Made by a program: the position numbers and the translations under genes. Shown piece after piece: positions 18,723-29,031 of a DNA stretch of 64,000 nt. Each line of letters begins with the position of its first letter. Positions within the stretch are counted from its first letter, which is position 1. The notes beneath the pieces are model-generated. The model searched no databases, was not told where the DNA came from, and worked only from the letters and a program-made list of their open reading frames with translations. This DNA comes from an uncultured bacterium (GTDB lineage: Bacteria > Patescibacteriota > Dojkabacteria > J137). The stretch covers positions 517,059 through 581,058 of the forward strand of contig OY969472.1 in assembly GCA_963700155.1 (NCBI GenBank), given 5' to 3'.

Positions 18723-19349
18723 TTATTCATCATCTAATAAATTTTTCAATTGTCTTGATTTTGCAAAATTTATAAATCCCCAAGATATACCTATCATAAA
18801 CAGAATTATTCCAGTATTTTTAATTAAATCATCAGATAAAGATTGACCTCTCACTTCTTCTGACATTTTTACCTTTGCAATTAAATACCAAATGTTATCA
18901 ACTAGTGTATCCATTTCCTCTTTTGTAAAACTGGGTCTATATTGTGAATTATATAATGGAGTGTTTTGAGCCTCACTAATATACGCATCAACAACTTTTT
19001 CCAAATCATCTTTTATTAATGCGTATTGTTCAAGAACTTTATTAATCTCAACCTCTAAATCATTAGATAAGTTATAAGTTTTAAGATCTTTCAAAGTTTC
19101 AATAATAGTTCTAATTTTCCCACTTGCTATATAAACTTGAGATTCCCTTAGTTCAGGATTATCTATATAGAAAACATTTTGCATATCACTATAAATCCAT
19201 TGGTTTAAATTATTTATACTACTATTAATCCCATAAATAGATATATCATTTGGATATTTTAGAAGTGAAAAAATTATAATAGCTGTGAAGTATAAATATT
19301 CAAATGGACGAAGGATTGATGATTCCGTTTTTTTGAATTTATCCATCAT
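18723..19349 (-). CDS. Hypothetical membrane protein
   Basis: TM helices near the N-terminus and another near the C-terminus. Confidence 0.4.
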   Translation of the reverse strand: MMDKFKKTESSILRPFEYLYFTAIIIFSLLKYPNDISIYGINSSINNLNQWIYSDMQNVFYIDNPELRESQVYIASGKIRTIIETLKDLKTYNLSNDLEVEINKVLEQYALIKDDLEKVVDAYISEAQNTPLYNSQYRPSFTKEEMDTLVDNIWYLIAKVKMSEEVRGQSLSDDLIKNTGIILFMIGISWGFINFAKSRQLKNLLDDE

Positions 19350-19396
19350 TTCTACTTAATATTTAATTATCGGATTATATCATCCAACATTTATTA

Positions 19397-20542
19397 TTAA
19401 GCATCTCTTCTTAGAGGCATTAGAAGGTGAACAAATTTTGAATCATCTTTATCTTTAAAAACTGAAGCTGCCAATGGACCTTTAGTTTCAAAGATTATGG
19501 TGTCTCCTTTTATATGACTGACAACATCAGATATATATCGTAAATTGTAAGAAGCATTCAAATCACTTTCTCCATTTACAGAAGTCACTGGAATTAAAGT
19601 TTGATTTTCACCAACTTCAGCTACTACAGATTGCAACATAACAGTTGCGTTTTCTAGGTTGAGGTCAAAAAGTGTTTTGTATCCTAAATTACTTCTAGCA
19701 AAAGTATTAATGATCCTAATCGCAGATTCCAAATCTGACTTTTTGACCTCAAATGAATAGCTGAAAGAATCAGGCATTATCCTTTTATAATCAGGATAAG
19801 GTCCCTCTAATAATCTTATGCTGAATTCTATCTCTTCAAATTTAAAAATAACTTGGGATTTACTTTGACCTAAATAAACTTCAATACTATCAACATCAAC
19901 ATAATCTTGAATAATTTTAACCAATTCGCTTAAATATCTTGCCGGAACAATAACTTGTTCTGTTGGATATTCATTAACATCTTTTACTTTTGCACTACGC
20001 TTTGAAAGTCTAAAACCATCTAAACCAATAAAATTGATCTCACTTTTTTCTTTATCATATTCAAATAAAATTCCACTTTGCTGTATTTTTCCAGCTGATA
20101 AATCTGTTGATGAAGCAAAAATTACTTTATCCATTGATGCTAAAAATTCCTTTGCTGAAATTACAAACAGTGGAGTTTCTGAAACTTCTGGTAAAACAGG
20201 GAATTCGGTTGCCGGGATAGTAGTAAAATTAGCTTTTGAGTTTTCTGTTACAACATCTACTACATTATCATTCAAACTTAGTTCAACGTTATCTCCTACT
20301 GCTGCTGCAACAAAATCTGCAATGTATTTTGCTGATACAGTAACGCTTCCTTCTTGTTCAACTACTCCAGGTATCCACACATTTATCCCCATATCTAAGT
20401 TTGTTGCTGATAGTTTTAAACCATTCTTATTAACATCTAAAAGAACGTTTGAAAGTACTGGTATATTTGGTTTTAAACTAACAGCTCTACTTGTATATTG
20501 TAATGACTTTGAAAGGTTATCTCTGTTTAGTTTGATTTTCAT
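19397..20542 (-). CDS. dnaN: DNA polymerase III beta sliding clamp
   Basis: N-terminus MKIKLNRDNLSKSLQYTSRAVS…PVLSNVLL is typical DnaN. Three-domain length of 381 aa. Confidence 0.85.
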   Translation of the reverse strand: MKIKLNRDNLSKSLQYTSRAVSLKPNIPVLSNVLLDVNKNGLKLSATNLDMGINVWIPGVVEQEGSVTVSAKYIADFVAAAVGDNVELSLNDNVVDVVTENSKANFTTIPATEFPVLPEVSETPLFVISAKEFLASMDKVIFASSTDLSAGKIQQSGILFEYDKEKSEINFIGLDGFRLSKRSAKVKDVNEYPTEQVIVPARYLSELVKIIQDYVDVDSIEVYLGQSKSQVIFKFEEIEFSIRLLEGPYPDYKRIMPDSFSYSFEVKKSDLESAIRIINTFARSNLGYKTLFDLNLENATVMLQSVVAEVGENQTLIPVTSVNGESDLNASYNLRYISDVVSHIKGDTIIFETKGPLAASVFKDKDDSKFVHLLMPLRRDA

Positions 20543-20856
20543 ATCTAAATATAATTTTTAATAAGTAGTTATTTTTAGTTATAGTGTCTGTTGATATGTG
20601 TATATGTTTTAATAATAGCTTATAGAACTTACATTTTCAATGATTTTGAGGTGTGAATAAGTGATGTGGATTAAAAATTAAGCATTTTCGTTGATCGTTA
20701 ATTAAGTATTTGATTATATCCAATTTTTATTGTGATGAGTTTTTGTAGAACTTTTGGGAAAGTTTTCTAGTATCCTATTTTGTTAAGATTTTTAGCGTGT
20801 GGAAAACTGAATAATATTACTGTACAAGAATTATATTAATATTCTATAATCCATAC
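20543..20856. promoter_or_regulatory. AT-rich non-coding region with DnaA-box-like 9-mers (candidate oriC/DUE or dnaN promoter region)
   Basis: tgtgaataa, tgtggatta and tgtggaaaa each lie within 1 mismatch of TGTGGATAA. The region is 314 bp, extremely AT-rich and non-coding. Confidence 0.35.
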
Positions 20857-21795
20857 ATGTTTAATCCTATAGACAATTTAAAATTAAAAGAAGTTGAAAA
20901 TTCAGAAAATAAAACTATTGGAGAAATTGCACAGAAACTTTCTAATTTAATGAGTAATAAATATTTTTTTTACTTTTTTTCTTCTCATTATCACTCTCCA
21001 CAATTAGATATTCATAGAGTTGATGACTTAAATTCTTTTTTATATAAATTTAAAGGTGTTTTTAGAGACATGAGTTCCTATCTTAAAAAGGATAAGGATT
21101 TTATAAATCTATTTCTTGAATTATTAAATTTTTTAGTTAAAGAAAAAGAATTTTATGAAGCTGTTAAATTACTAGATGAAACATTTGGATTTAATTTTCT
21201 ACACTATGAATGGATACAAGAAATTTATAAAAAAGCAATGGATTCTGAAGAGTATTTCCAAGCTTATTACATAATAAAATTAATTGAAAATAGAATTAAG
21301 TTGTTAATGATTACATTTCCAAATGATTCACCACAAGAACTTTTAGAAAAAGAGTATAGAGAATGTTTAGGAATTTTATTGAATAACTTTCTTGATGATA
21401 CTTCTGCAATAACTGAAAGTGAATTATTCGAAAAAACAAAAACATTACCGAAAATTTTAGCAATATTGAAGAATGATGAAATACTAGGTTTTAATATTTT
21501 GAAATCTCGAGACTATACTCCATATTTCATGGATATAATTTTATATGATTTTATTAAAAGAATTGTAGATTTAACTTGGACATTTAGAGGTGAAATATAT
21601 GATATACAATTTGATTCTGAAAATTTGCCTGACATATATTATCTTTATAATATTTCTACAAATACTAGTAAGTATCTTACATTACCAGAAAATAAAATGG
21701 TTCATATTTCACGAGTGGCTGAATATTTAGAACTAAAATTAAAAGATATTGAGTTCATTTTTATTGAAGATAAAAAGCAAGATGTGGAATCTTAA
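20857..21795 (+). CDS. Hypothetical protein (312 aa) inserted between dnaN and dnaA
   Basis: ORF only. No motif recognised. Confidence 0.4.
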   Translation: MFNPIDNLKLKEVENSENKTIGEIAQKLSNLMSNKYFFYFFSSHYHSPQLDIHRVDDLNSFLYKFKGVFRDMSSYLKKDKDFINLFLELLNFLVKEKEFYEAVKLLDETFGFNFLHYEWIQEIYKKAMDSEEYFQAYYIIKLIENRIKLLMITFPNDSPQELLEKEYRECLGILLNNFLDDTSAITESELFEKTKTLPKILAILKNDEILGFNILKSRDYTPYFMDIILYDFIKRIVDLTWTFRGEIYDIQFDSENLPDIYYLYNISTNTSKYLTLPENKMVHISRVAEYLELKLKDIEFIFIEDKKQDVES

Positions 21796-21800
21796 ACTTA

Positions 21801-22523
21801 TTAATTTTCTAAACTACTATAATATGGTGTTTTTTCTAGTAATTCTGGAGGTAGAATAGATAATAAAGATAAATCATTATTAATTCTATAATCATATAGA
21901 TAAATATTATAGGAATCTGTATTCAAACCGTCTTTTCTGTATCGAATATATATATCAATGTGTGCAAGTTTTAAAGTTCCATCAAGATCAAGTTCTTCTG
22001 TAAAAATAAACTTAACTTGCTCAATATTTTCTTCATTGACTCCTATTTTGTAGTTATCAACAAAAAATTTTTTTACAGCTGGAGTAAATCTGGCTGAATA
22101 TTCTACGACCTTAAAGCCATGTATATTAGTATTATTCTTATCTATAAGCTCATGAATTTGGTTTAAAGTAGTAACATTAATAATAGCTGGCTCGAAAAAA
22201 ACTCCTTCTGTATCTGTTTGTTCAATAATTAATGATCCATTTTCGTCAAATTTAAAAACAGCTAGATTATTTCCAAAATAATACTCAAAATGAATATCAG
22301 AAATTGTTAAATCTGAATTCATCTCGCTCCTAGATAAATTTATTTCTCTATAAAGTATATTAAAAAGGGTATATTGAGTTGTCGGCAGTTTAAAAGATTT
22401 TCGAAAATCTACGCCTGACGAAGCTATTCCAGATAAAATACTTAAAATTAAATAAAGAGATAATATCCTTTTTAGAATAAAAGGACGGTTAAAATTGTTT
22501 TGAATATCATCAATTTTATCCAT
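21801..22523 (-). CDS. Hypothetical membrane-anchored protein immediately downstream of dnaA
   Basis: N-terminal TM helix. Lies 5 nt after the dnaA stop. Confidence 0.4.
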   Translation of the reverse strand: MDKIDDIQNNFNRPFILKRILSLYLILSILSGIASSGVDFRKSFKLPTTQYTLFNILYREINLSRSEMNSDLTISDIHFEYYFGNNLAVFKFDENGSLIIEQTDTEGVFFEPAIINVTTLNQIHELIDKNNTNIHGFKVVEYSARFTPAVKKFFVDNYKIGVNEENIEQVKFIFTEELDLDGTLKLAHIDIYIRYRKDGLNTDSYNIYLYDYRINNDLSLLSILPPELLEKTPYYSSLEN

Positions 22524-22528
22524 TAAAT

Positions 22529-23938
22529 TTATTCTACATCCTCCGTTACAGCGGCATTATCTTGAATATTTGTTATTACTTGTGCAACTTGAGAATTAAA
22601 TCCATCCTGAATCATCATTTTGCTTTTAATCTTATCAAGTGCATGAAGCACAGTTGTATGATCAGTCCTTTTTAAATATTTTGCGACTTCTTCAAGTTTA
22701 TAACTAAATTCTTCTCTTAAGATATACATTGCAACTTGTCTTGCCAAAGCCAACTCCTTTGTTCTTCTCGGACCTTTTAAATCTTTTACAGTAACGCCAA
22801 ATGATTTAGCAACTTCTCTAATAACTTGAGGCACTTTAATCTGGGATCTTTTTGTTTGCGAATCTTTTCCAATTGTATGTGCAACTTCTTCTAATGTTAA
22901 ATCTCCATTCGGTTTCATTTGATTAAATAAAGCTACTTTTTGAAGTGCCCCTTCAAGCTCTCTTACATTATCCGAAATATTTCTAGCCAAGTACTCTAAA
23001 ATTGGCATTTTTAAATTATAGCCGGAGTTTTCAGATTTTCTGTATAAGATTGCAAGGCGAGTTTCATAATCCGGATTTGAAATATCAACTACCATCCCGC
23101 CTTGCATTCTAGTTCTTAATCTACTTTCCATATTTTGAATATCCTCAGGTCTTCTATCGGCAATTAAAATAATTTGTTTACCAGCATTATAAAGTTCATT
23201 GAAAGTATTGAAGAATTCTTCTTGAGTGTGAACCCATTTTGAAATAAGTTGCATATCATCAATAATAAGCATATCCGTTGGTCTATATTTAGCTCTAAAT
23301 TTCTCCATTTGCCCTGTTTTAATTCCTTTTACCATCTCATTCAAAAATCCTTCAGATGGTGTATAAATTATTTTTTTACTAGGATTCCTTTCTAAAATTG
23401 ATCTACCAATTGCTTGTGCCAAGTGTGTTTTCCCAACACCGGTTTTCCCATGAATAAATAAAGGATTGTATGATTGACCAGGTCTTTCAATAATTGCTAA
23501 AGCTGCAGCATGTGCAATTTTATTTGCATTTCCTACAATATAATTTGACATTGTATATTTAGGATTTAATCCGGATTTAGTAACAGCTTCAATTACATTA
23601 CCCATAAATCCATTCTCAACATCAAGTAAAGGTGAGGATGATATATTTTTTGGTTCATTTTCAGCTTCATCTTCTTTTTGTTCATGAGTAACTTCAAAAA
23701 CTGGATTTAAAACATCTCCATAAACATAACTAATTGTGTCTTTAATCATTTTTTCGTATCTATTTTTTATCCAATCAGAAATGAAGGGATTAGGTACTCC
23801 GATTATTGCTTTATTACCATCTATTTTAACTAATCTAGTTTCTTGAAAATATGTTTTAAATTGAGCAGGTGCGTCCAGTTTAATCTCTATTTGAGCTAGG
23901 GTCGTTTTCCAGAGCTGTTTTTCATCTCTAATTTTCAT
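22529..23938 (-). CDS. dnaA: Chromosomal replication initiator DnaA
   Basis: AAA+ Walker A/B (GKTGVGKTHL, DDMQ), C-terminal DnaA-box binding helix. The likely start is the internal Met (MKIRDEKQLWKTTLAQ), whereas the ORF track extends to 23992. Confidence 0.9.
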   Translation of the reverse strand: MKIRDEKQLWKTTLAQIEIKLDAPAQFKTYFQETRLVKIDGNKAIIGVPNPFISDWIKNRYEKMIKDTISYVYGDVLNPVFEVTHEQKEDEAENEPKNISSSPLLDVENGFMGNVIEAVTKSGLNPKYTMSNYIVGNANKIAHAAALAIIERPGQSYNPLFIHGKTGVGKTHLAQAIGRSILERNPSKKIIYTPSEGFLNEMVKGIKTGQMEKFRAKYRPTDMLIIDDMQLISKWVHTQEEFFNTFNELYNAGKQIILIADRRPEDIQNMESRLRTRMQGGMVVDISNPDYETRLAILYRKSENSGYNLKMPILEYLARNISDNVRELEGALQKVALFNQMKPNGDLTLEEVAHTIGKDSQTKRSQIKVPQVIREVAKSFGVTVKDLKGPRRTKELALARQVAMYILREEFSYKLEEVAKYLKRTDHTTVLHALDKIKSKMMIQDGFNSQVAQVITNIQDNAAVTEDVE

Positions 23939-24020
23939 AGGTTTAAAGTAATGGTTAAAGAATATATACTTAAATGAAATAAGTATTTGCAAAAGCTATT
24001 TTTTTAGTGCTGAATTTTTT

Positions 24021-24052
24021 TATTATACACAAAAAATTATCCACGTGGATAA
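24021..24052. promoter_or_regulatory. DnaA-box cluster upstream of dnaA: ttatacaca followed by the palindromic pair TTATCCACGTGGATAA
   Basis: The perfect 16-bp palindrome at 24037-24052 consists of two inverted consensus-like DnaA boxes (TTATCCACg). Confidence 0.55.
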
Positions 24053-24112
24053 CTTATAGTATTTTTTTGTATTAATCTTATTATTATAGACTGGTTTGTT
24101 ATATAATTATTT

Positions 24113-24349
24113 ATGTTTAAATCAATTGCAAAATTTTTAATAAAAACTTACCAGAAATTGTTTTCTTTCGATCACTCTTTTTGGGCGTCTTGGGTTGGAA
24201 TGCCTGTTTGCAGGTTTACACCAACATGCTCACAATATACTTATGAAGCTATTGATAAGTACGGGGTTTTTAAAGGAAGTTTTATTGGGTTTAAAAGAAT
24301 TTTAAGGTGTAATCCTTTTACAAAAGGCGGGTATGATCCGGTTCCTTAA
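24113..24349 (+). CDS. yidD: Membrane protein insertion efficiency factor YidD
   Basis: 78 aa with the conserved …[15 protein letters not shown]…G… pattern. Confidence 0.8.
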   Translation: MFKSIAKFLIKTYQKLFSFDHSFWASWVGMPVCRFTPTCSQYTYEAIDKYGVFKGSFIGFKRILRCNPFTKGGYDPVP

Positions 24350-25131
24350 GAAATTCCTTTAAAAACCCCTACCTCATCATTATTTATAGAAACTATATCT
24401 ACTTTAAATCTTTTAGAAGCTTTTATTAACTCAGTTTTATAAGTTAGTTTTGAAACATAATCTTCTAAAGATTTCAAAATTCCTAAATCTTTACCAATTA
24501 TGATGTATTCTTTTCCATTTATTTTATTATCTGCTGCTCCAAATTTATTTCTTTTCTTATGATCAGGACTTCTTTTTATTAGTAAAGCATTCTTGTTTCT
24601 TAAATTAAATTTTTGATTAAAAAACGAATCACTATCTTTAAATCTAGATTCCCAAGATTGATCACCTTTGGAAACTATGATGTTGGGCAGATTAATTTCA
24701 TAATCCTTTATCTTTTCTTCTGATAAATAATTTTTTAATAATTCAAGAATATACACACTTCTTAAAAAACTTGTATCTAGCTTAAAATTTTTAAGTTTAA
24801 TTATATTTCCGTGTTTTATATCCCCTTTGTAATACTTCCTAATATTAATACCGGATTGGATATTTGTTGGGTTAAATATGTTAGAAAAATACTGGTAAAA
24901 ATCGATATTATATTCTAAAAAATCTATAAACTCCTTTTTAAGATAGATTGGTATATTTGTTTGTGCTGAGTTAAATTTTTCTGCAGATGAATTTTTAACA
25001 TTATGATTTAATTCTGATAAAAATTCATCCAAAATAAAATGAATATTCTTTAAATGTTTTTGCTTTACCTCTTTATTTGTTTTTAATTTTAAAACTCTTG
25101 GGCCAAAATCAATTAAATACTCGTAAATCAT
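24346..25131 (-). CDS. Hypothetical protein (261 aa)
   Basis: ORF only. Confidence 0.4.
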   Translation of the reverse strand: MIYEYLIDFGPRVLKLKTNKEVKQKHLKNIHFILDEFLSELNHNVKNSSAEKFNSAQTNIPIYLKKEFIDFLEYNIDFYQYFSNIFNPTNIQSGINIRKYYKGDIKHGNIIKLKNFKLDTSFLRSVYILELLKNYLSEEKIKDYEINLPNIIVSKGDQSWESRFKDSDSFFNQKFNLRNKNALLIKRSPDHKKRNKFGAADNKINGKEYIIIGKDLGILKSLEDYVSKLTYKTELIKASKRFKVDIVSINNDEVGVFKGIS

Positions 25132-25190
25132 TTTGCACAGATTGATAAAATGATAGAATGAAAAAAGTCTAGTTTTATTATACTTGAAAA

Positions 25191-25778
25191 ATGGCCGATA
25201 AAAGGATTTTTAATTTGCTTAAACCTGTCACACCTCCACCAAGTGCATGGGATAAGATATATGAGTGGATTTTAGGAAAAGCTAGAATTGTGGTTTTAAT
25301 TACTGAGATAATAATTGCAGTTGCGTTTGTTTTTAAAGTTATAGAAGATACTACAGCAAAAAATAAAGATAAACAGATAGATCAATTAAATTCTGAGCTT
25401 ACTCTTTACTCTCAGCAATTAGAGCCAGAGTTTAGACAAATACAAAATAAAGCCGGTGATTATATTGTTTTGTGGGATAGCTCTTCTGAATATAATAATG
25501 TAATTAACGAAGTTTTTTCATATATAGAAAATCCTTCTTCAGATGTTTCAGTAAGGGCTGGAAAAGGAACAATATCTATTACAGGATTTGATGACTTATC
25601 TCAATTACAGAAGTTAGAAGATTCAATGAAGAATTCAAAAACTTTTAGTTCTGTCGATATTAGAGATCTAACACTAGAAGGTGAAGAGGTTACAGCAAAT
25701 AAAGGAAGATATTTATTACAAGCAACAATCAATAGTTATACAAGAAGTCCGATTGAGGATGTTCAACCAACTCAATAA
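25191..25778 (+). CDS. Hypothetical bitopic membrane protein (short cytoplasmic N-terminus, TM, coiled coil)
   Basis: Its topology resembles FtsB/DivIC or PilN-type proteins. This is speculative. Confidence 0.35.
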   Translation: MADKRIFNLLKPVTPPPSAWDKIYEWILGKARIVVLITEIIIAVAFVFKVIEDTTAKNKDKQIDQLNSELTLYSQQLEPEFRQIQNKAGDYIVLWDSSSEYNNVINEVFSYIENPSSDVSVRAGKGTISITGFDDLSQLQKLEDSMKNSKTFSSVDIRDLTLEGEEVTANKGRYLLQATINSYTRSPIEDVQPTQ

Positions 25779-25783
25779 TAAAT

Positions 25784-26422
25784 ATGTTACAAATTAATTA
25801 CCAAAAAAAAGTAGAGGAACTTCTTTCAACAGGAAAGAGGAAAAGTTATGCAGTCGCAGCTATTACGGTATTTTTCATTTTATTAATGGCTTTTGCAGGA
25901 ATCATTCCGGCTCTTAGTTCTTTAGGTTACCAGCATGAAGAAAATATAAAAAGAGATGCGATCATAACTAAGCTTCAAAATAAATTAGATATATTAAAAA
26001 GCTTTGTACAACAAAATAGTGACAAGAAAGATGTCATAAATTTTCTAAACGACATGTTCCCTGATAAATTTGCACAAAAAGATATAGTCGATAAAATCGT
26101 AGAATTGTCAGATAAAAATAGTGTAAACATTGTTTCGTTTGGTTTCCAAGATCCGCAACCTGGAGAACAGGATGAACTAGATGCACTAACAACAGGTAAC
26201 TCTAAAATATTAACAACTAGTATTACAGGTGATGGTACATTAGAAAATTTAGAATCATTTGTTAAAGATGTTGAAACTTCAAGAAGAATAATGAACATAA
26301 CTTCAGTTGTTATTTCAAAAAAAGCTGCAGATGAAGTTAATACGATTATAGACGGAAGAGATTTTAATTTAAGTTTAAGTATAGATTTTTATTATTATTC
26401 TACTACGCAAAGTAGTACTTAA
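25784..26422 (+). CDS. Hypothetical bitopic membrane protein
   Basis: One TM then an extracytoplasmic domain. Same operon as the neighbouring small membrane-protein genes. Confidence 0.35.
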   Translation: MLQINYQKKVEELLSTGKRKSYAVAAITVFFILLMAFAGIIPALSSLGYQHEENIKRDAIITKLQNKLDILKSFVQQNSDKKDVINFLNDMFPDKFAQKDIVDKIVELSDKNSVNIVSFGFQDPQPGEQDELDALTTGNSKILTTSITGDGTLENLESFVKDVETSRRIMNITSVVISKKAADEVNTIIDGRDFNLSLSIDFYYYSTTQSST

Positions 26423-26433
26423 AATTATTATAT

Positions 26434-26688
26434 ATGAATAAGTTATTTGTTTATTTAATTATTATTGGAGTATTAATATTATTACTTGTTTCTGGCTGGG
26501 AAGTTTATCAGATTTCATCTGGTGCGAGGTCAACTGGAGAAATTACTGTTATAGAGATAAGCAATGACACATTAATTCCTAGTGCTTTAGAGAATCATCT
26601 AAAGCAAGATCCGGATTATTCAAAATTTATTGTTAGTAACAATACTAATACAAATCAAAACGATCAAAATACACAAGTTACTCAATAA
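26434..26688 (+). CDS. Small membrane protein (84 aa)
   Basis: N-terminal TM helix. Confidence 0.3.
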   Translation: MNKLFVYLIIIGVLILLLVSGWEVYQISSGARSTGEITVIEISNDTLIPSALENHLKQDPDYSKFIVSNNTNTNQNDQNTQVTQ

Positions 26689-26809
26689 AAGCTCTACTGA
26701 TTTGCTAAATCCTGAAACCTTAAATATAATGTACTCAATCAGCGAATCATAAATTAACAAGTGTAAAGAGTTTGAGCTATATTTAATATGACAATTATAA
26801 TATTTAATA

Positions 26810-29023
26810 ATGGCAAGAAGAAAAAAACATATAACTTACGATAGTAAAGAAACACATACAATAGTCGGTTTAATCAGTTTTTTGCTTGGAATATTTTTTA
26901 TATTATCTCTAGTATCAGGGACAGAAAATACAAATAATTTATTTGCTCAGGCAAAAACTCTTTTTGGAGATTCTACAATAATAACTGCTCTATTTTTAAT
27001 TTCATTAGGATTGTCTTTTTTAGGGGTTGAATTACCATTCACAAAAAAAAGCAGTTTAATTTTTCAAGGTGGATTGATTTTTTTGATACCAGCTTTAATA
27101 ACATCACTCTCTTCAACACCAAGAGAATTAGTTAGAAGCGCTGATACTTTAGGTGGAATGGTAGGTTATTTTATTGTAAATACAGTACTTGGTGATACTA
27201 TACCTACTCAACCTGCGACTAAATTTATTCTACTTTCCTTAACTGTAATTTTTGTTCCACTAGCATTATCAATGTCAATAAGTGAATTGATTGACAAGAT
27301 AGCAATGTTTATAGGATGGCTTATTAATTTTATAAAATCAAACTCTGATGTTGAACAAGGAGAAGAAGAACCTAAAGCAACAAATTTTGGTGATTTCAAT
27401 AAATTGTTGAAAGAAAAGCAAATGTTGGAAGAGCAAAACAGGGAATTATTGAAAATGGATAAAAAACCTGAAGAAAAAATGCATCTTCCAGTAAGAGGAG
27501 AAGGCGCTAATATCTCTATCAAAGAAGGTGCAATTGGAGAAGATGGTTTAACACAGACAGCATTAAGATTTTCAAACTGGCAGCTTCCACCACTAAGCTT
27601 ATTGATTCCTTATAAAAAAAGTACAAATAAAGAGCCTGCAATTACTCAAAACGGACAAATTATAGAACAAATTTTATCTAGCTTTGGAATTGAAGCCAAA
27701 GTTGAAGATTCTTATGTAGGGCCATCTGTTATTCAATATGCGTTAAATATTCCACTAGGTGTAAAAGTTGAAAAAATTTCAAACTTAAGTGCAAATGTAG
27801 CACTAGCACTTGGAGTCGATTCGAAAGCAGTTCGAATCGACTCCATTCCAGGTACAACATATTTAGGTATTGAAGTTCCTAGAAGCAAAAGAGATATGGT
27901 AAGGATAAAAGAATTGATGGAATCACCACAGATGATGGATTCTAAAATGGAACTTCCTGCTCCTATAGGTAAAAATATTGATGGATCTGCAGTTATTACT
28001 GATATAAAAAAGATGCCTCATTTGCTTATTGCTGGAGCAACGGGCTCAGGAAAATCTGTTTTGACGAACTCTTTTATTGTTTCACTTTTACTTAAAAAAA
28101 CTCCTGATGAGGTAAGGCTTATTTTAGTTGATCCAAAGCAAGTTGAACTTTCAGACTATAATGGAATTCCACATTTATTAACTCCTGTTATTACAGACAT
28201 GGATCATGTTTTAAATGCTTTGAAATGGGCAGTAGGCGAAATGCAGAAAAGATATAATGTTCTTGCTAAAGAACAGGTAAGAAATATTGAAGGATACAAT
28301 CAAAAAAAAGGTTTTGCTTCAATGCCATATATTGTTATTGTAATTGATGAAATGGCTGATATGATGATGACTGCAAATAGAGTAGAGACTGAGACTGCAA
28401 TAGTAAGATTAGCTCAAAAAGCTAGAGCAGTAGGTATTCACTTAGTTCTCGCTACCCAAAGGCCTTCTGTAAATGTTATTACGGGTATTATTAAAGCTAA
28501 TATTCCAGGCAGAGTTGCTATGAGTGTAGCAAGTAGTACAGATTCAAGAGTTATTCTAGATAGAATTGGAGCAGAAAGCCTTCTTGGTTATGGAGATTTA
28601 TTGTACAAGGCTCCAGATAGTCCTAAGTCTATAAGGTTGCAAGGGTCTTTTGTTGACCAGCAGGAAGTTATCAGGGTTGTTGATTTCATTAAATCACAAG
28701 CTCCTGAGGTTGAATATGTAAATGAGATTATTGAGAAACAGGTGCAACCTGGAGAGGAAGCTATCGGCAATGGTGGTTTAAGTAGTATTTCTGAGGATAA
28801 TCTTCTTGAACAAGCGATTAGAATAGTTGTTCAAAATCAAAAAGGTTCCTCATCTTATTTGCAAAGAAGATTAAATATTGGATTTAATAGAGCAGCTAGA
28901 CTTCTTGAAGAACTTGAAGAGGCCGGGGTGGTTGGTCCTCCTAATGGTAGCAAGCCTAGAGAAGTTCTTGTTAGTGATGCTGATGCATTTATTGCAAGCT
29001 TAAAAAATACTTCACCTGAGTAA
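26810..29023 (+). CDS. ftsK: DNA translocase FtsK/SpoIIIE
   Basis: N-terminal TM segments, motor domain (GATGSGKSV, Walker B) and C-terminal gamma winged helix (…SYLQRRLNIGFNRAARLLEELE…). Confidence 0.9.
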   Translation: MARRKKHITYDSKETHTIVGLISFLLGIFFILSLVSGTENTNNLFAQAKTLFGDSTIITALFLISLGLSFLGVELPFTKKSSLIFQGGLIFLIPALITSLSSTPRELVRSADTLGGMVGYFIVNTVLGDTIPTQPATKFILLSLTVIFVPLALSMSISELIDKIAMFIGWLINFIKSNSDVEQGEEEPKATNFGDFNKLLKEKQMLEEQNRELLKMDKKPEEKMHLPVRGEGANISIKEGAIGEDGLTQTALRFSNWQLPPLSLLIPYKKSTNKEPAITQNGQIIEQILSSFGIEAKVEDSYVGPSVIQYALNIPLGVKVEKISNLSANVALALGVDSKAVRIDSIPGTTYLGIEVPRSKRDMVRIKELMESPQMMDSKMELPAPIGKNIDGSAVITDIKKMPHLLIAGATGSGKSVLTNSFIVSLLLKKTPDEVRLILVDPKQVELSDYNGIPHLLTPVITDMDHVLNALKWAVGEMQKRYNVLAKEQVRNIEGYNQKKGFASMPYIVIVIDEMADMMMTANRVETETAIVRLAQKARAVGIHLVLATQRPSVNVITGIIKANIPGRVAMSVASSTDSRVILDRIGAESLLGYGDLLYKAPDSPKSIRLQGSFVDQQEVIRVVDFIKSQAPEVEYVNEIIEKQVQPGEEAIGNGGLSSISEDNLLEQAIRIVVQNQKGSSSYLQRRLNIGFNRAARLLEELEEAGVVGPPNGSKPREVLVSDADAFIASLKNTSPE

Positions 29024-29031
29024 AAATTATT

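Noticed and set aside
22529-23992. Long N-terminal extensions of dnaA (MQILISFKYIFFNHYFKP…) and tsaD (MIYWGSKCYNTP…) in the ORF track
   Set aside because: Conserved N-termini begin at internal Met codons (MKIRDEKQLW…; MHKDFLTLGID…). The extensions are AT-rich read-through of upstream non-coding DNA.
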